DNA of 64,000 nt from assembly GCA_947495125.1 (NCBI GenBank), contig CANLXL010000004.1:84322-148321 (forward strand). Direction: 5' to 3'. Source of the DNA: an uncultured Flaviramulus sp. Its GTDB lineage: Bacteria > Bacteroidota > Bacteroidia > Flavobacteriales > Flavobacteriaceae. A program made the translations under genes and the position numbers. Of the stretch, positions 61,767 through 64,000 are shown in pieces. The notes under the pieces are model-generated. The model was not told where the DNA came from, made no database searches, and was given only the letters and a program-made list of their open reading frames with translations. The stretch's first letter is position 1; each line of letters opens with the position of its first letter.

Positions 61767-62408
61767 CTACAGGAGTTGTTTTAACAAGTCTTTGATTTCA
61801 CTGAGCATCATGGCCGTTGCTCCCCAAACAATATGACCGTTTAATTTAAAAGCAGGAACCTCGACGTCAACACTATAGGATGTTGATACCGTTTTTGTTA
61901 TTAGCGCACTGTCATCAAAAAAATGCTGTAGAGGAATTTCTATGATATCCTCAACTTCATCCTCCTGTTTTATAAAACCTGGAATTTGTTTTGTGATGCC
62001 AATAAAGGGCTGAACGTTAAAATTACTTGGCGGGATATATACGTCTGTTAGAGACTGTAAAACCTCAACTTGATCGCTGGGTACACCAATTTCTTCAAAA
62101 GTTTCTCTTAAAGCTGTTTCTTTTAAAGAATTATCCTGTTCTTCGAGTTTACCCCCAGGGAAGGCAATTTGTGCCGAATGTACACCTTTATAGGTTTTAC
62201 GAAGTATTAAAACAAAATGAGTTTCATGGTTTGTATTGGGGTAGAATAATGCCAAAACCCCTGCTTTTTTTGCATTCTTTTTCGCTTTGCTTTGTTGTCG
62301 CATCAGTTGCCGGCGAAACGGCGGAACCATTTTGATTTGAGCAGTTTCCGCAGGAAGAGGAATACTTTCTATATTTGAAATGGCTGTTAAAAATTTGTCA
62401 AAATTCAT
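61767..62408 (-). CDS. NUDIX hydrolase, CoA pyrophosphatase-like
   Basis: Nudix box GGKLEEQDNSLKETALRETFEEIG. Confidence 0.85.
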   Translation of the reverse strand: MNFDKFLTAISNIESIPLPAETAQIKMVPPFRRQLMRQQSKAKKNAKKAGVLALFYPNTNHETHFVLILRKTYKGVHSAQIAFPGGKLEEQDNSLKETALRETFEEIGVPSDQVEVLQSLTDVYIPPSNFNVQPFIGITKQIPGFIKQEDEVEDIIEIPLQHFFDDSALITKTVSTSYSVDVEVPAFKLNGHIVWGATAMMLSEIKDLLKQLL

Positions 62409-62461
62409 TTAAGAAAGTCTGTTTATTCTGTATTTATTAGCGTGAACTTAAACAACTAGAA

Positions 62462-63328
62462 TTATTTAATAATATTTTTTAACCATGTTTCTGCTAGGAT
62501 TGGCCATGTTTCTGCAGCGATATTTCCCTTTCTCAGACCATAGCCATGACCCCCATTTGGTAGAACATGTACTTCAACCGGTATTTTTGATTGAATTAAT
62601 GCATTGGAGAATACAAGGGAGCCTTCACCGGAATATGCATCATCCGCAGTGGCAAAAATAAACGTTGAAGGGGTTTGATCTGTTATGGTTAATTCCGGAG
62701 TGACGGAATTATTTTCTCCCTTATTTAAATAAGCTGGATAAATGAGAACAGCAAAATTTGGTTTACTGGAAATGTCATCTAAAGAATCCATTTTGGTGTA
62801 AGTCTCGTTATTAAAATTGGTACTTGCACGAGCAGCCAAACTTCCGCCTGCAGAAAAACCCAGGACTCCAATATTATTAGGATCTAAATTATAATCTAAA
62901 GCTTTGCTTCTTACAATTTTAATGGCTCGTTGTAAATCATTTAAAGCACCAATACGGTTATTAGGGACTCTATATTGTAACACAAAAGCTGTGAATCCCA
63001 GTTCATTCAACCATTTTGCAATTTCATAGCCTTCCAGATCAATGGCTAAAATTTGATAACCACCACCCGGACAAATAATAACGCCTGCACCACTATCAAT
63101 ACCTGCATCTGGTTTAAAGGTTTCTAAAATAGGATCGGTAACATCGGTTAATCGTTTAACATTATTGCTGGTGTCCGGAGTTTGAACCGCCCTATGTTTA
63201 GTATTTGTTTCATTAGGCACTTGATTTGGCCATAGGTGAATGGTATCCATACTATTCTTAATTGAAGTTTGAGAGCTTCCGGGAATTGATATCACCGAAA
63301 AGACAAATATAATCCAACAATGTTTCAT
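62462..63328 (-). CDS. secreted alpha/beta hydrolase (esterase/lipase-like)
   Basis: Signal (GSS|QTS). GFSAGG nucleophile elbow and C-terminal GGHGYG. Confidence 0.82.
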   Translation of the reverse strand: MKHCWIIFVFSVISIPGSSQTSIKNSMDTIHLWPNQVPNETNTKHRAVQTPDTSNNVKRLTDVTDPILETFKPDAGIDSGAGVIICPGGGYQILAIDLEGYEIAKWLNELGFTAFVLQYRVPNNRIGALNDLQRAIKIVRSKALDYNLDPNNIGVLGFSAGGSLAARASTNFNNETYTKMDSLDDISSKPNFAVLIYPAYLNKGENNSVTPELTITDQTPSTFIFATADDAYSGEGSLVFSNALIQSKIPVEVHVLPNGGHGYGLRKGNIAAETWPILAETWLKNIIK

Positions 63329-63334
63329 GCTATA

Positions 63335-64000
63335 TTAATTTAATTTTACATCTAATGATGCTTTGCCTTTCTCCTTTAAAGGAACTAGCCCCTTAAAAGT
63401 CTGTTTTAGGTTTAAATCGGGTTCACTAACCACAATCGAATACCGTCCTTCTGCAAATACTTTTGGATGATATTGACGACCTTTAATTCTAAGAGTGTAT
63501 ATGATTTCGTTTGTACTTTCATTAATAACTTGGACTACGGGATTATTCACATTAGAAATATTAATTGTAGGGAGCCATTTATAGGCTTTTCTCGCATAAT
63601 TATCTTCCATATTGATCGTTTTTGGCCATCCAGGATATTGGGTTCCTGTTGAAAAATCGTTTGGATCTGCATACCTCGGCCAACATTCCATGGTAATCTC
63701 TCGAGAACTTTTGGTGAGTTTGACAATACCATAACCTGGCATGCGGTCATGTAGCGTTTCCGGGCTTACTCCCGATTTTGGTCCAGGATTGGTATGGGCA
63801 TATACGTTAACTTTGTTACCCAAACCATCCAAATATTCGCCGGTATATTCCTGCAAGCCTTCAATGTGATTACCACCTGTTTTTTTAAACGGTTGCCACG
63901 CTCTGGGGTAAAAATTAGCAATGGATGGCACGCAGAAAGACCATCCAGCATCATTTTGTTCATCGATGCCATGATTTACAATCGTTGCTAAATGTTGATC
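63335..64000 (-). CDS. C-terminal part of a larger protein running off the right edge; possibly PhoD-like metallophosphatase (tentative)
   Basis: The frame stays open upstream of the ORF-track GTG, to the window edge (DQHLATIVNHGIDEQNDAGWSFCVPSIANFYPRAW...). The family assignment comes only from a recalled resemblance. Confidence 0.6.
   Translation of the reverse strand, partial: DQHLATIVNHGIDEQNDAGWSFCVPSIANFYPRAWQPFKKTGGNHIEGLQEYTGEYLDGLGNKVNVYAHTNPGPKSGVSPETLHDRMPGYGIVKLTKSSREITMECWPRYADPNDFSTGTQYPGWPKTINMEDNYARKAYKWLPTINISNVNNPVVQVINESTNEIIYTLRIKGRQYHPKVFAEGRYSIVVSEPDLNLKQTFKGLVPLKEKGKASLDVKLN

Noticed and set aside
1-64000. Search for mobile elements, integrases, toxin-antitoxin pairs, restriction or other defence genes, tRNA and rRNA
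   Set aside because: No ORF shows transposase, integrase, nuclease-helicase or toxin hallmarks, and I saw no terminal inverted repeats or tRNA cloverleaf candidates in the larger gaps I read by eye. No exhaustive computational scan was possible. The window looks like stable core or accessory chromosome rather than an island of mobile origin.

Overview
AT-rich, densely coding chromosomal segment that reads like a marine Flavobacteriia (Bacteroidota) genome. Supporting signs are T9SS type-B C-terminal sorting domains, PorP/SprF genes, TAnnTTTG -7 promoter boxes close to start codons, and Gln at +1 of almost every signal peptide. I can support about 45 protein genes and one SRP RNA. I saw no rRNA, tRNA, CRISPR array, transposase or integrase, and no recognisable phage or defence genes.

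Gene blocks, left to right:
(1) 1-3620: a LytTR-type two-component system flanked by two copies of a triple AGTGAA direct repeat with exact 21-bp phasing, each upstream of a small ORF plus an exported-protein gene.
(2) 3781-13695: a LacI regulator with two CACGTG-centred palindromic operators. Behind it is a tightly packed operon: Planctomycete-type haem protein (PSCyt/DUF1549/DUF1553), Tat-exported DUF1501, beta-propeller, membrane cytochrome-LRR protein, IolG-like dehydrogenase and SMP-30 lactonase.
(3) 13898-17173: a thioredoxin / ApbE / DUF4266 / DUF3570 cluster.
(4) 17293-21126: an ECF sigma / FecR / TonB-dependent transducer set.
(5) 21439-37533: a T9SS cargo island with two type-B CTD proteins, one of 2745 aa and SprB-like. 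Each is followed by a PorP/SprF gene, and one of those is fused to a long charged spacer and a SPOR-like domain.
(6) 38441-48084: a second Planctomycete-type pair (DUF1592-family multihaem protein + DUF1552) with FucP, a di-haem peroxidase and a beta-propeller.
(7) 48092-64000: housekeeping genes (glutaminyl cyclase, SRP RNA, SDR, fsa, ABC-F, pheT, PlsC-like, NUDIX and others).

The best candidates for an uncharacterised system are the two haem-protein/Tat-partner operons, which share a His-rich membrane cytochrome module. After them come the ApbE-DUF3570 cluster and the PorP-spacer-SPOR fusion. None can be proven from sequence alone. All domain calls rest on hallmark motifs I recognise by eye, not on database searches.
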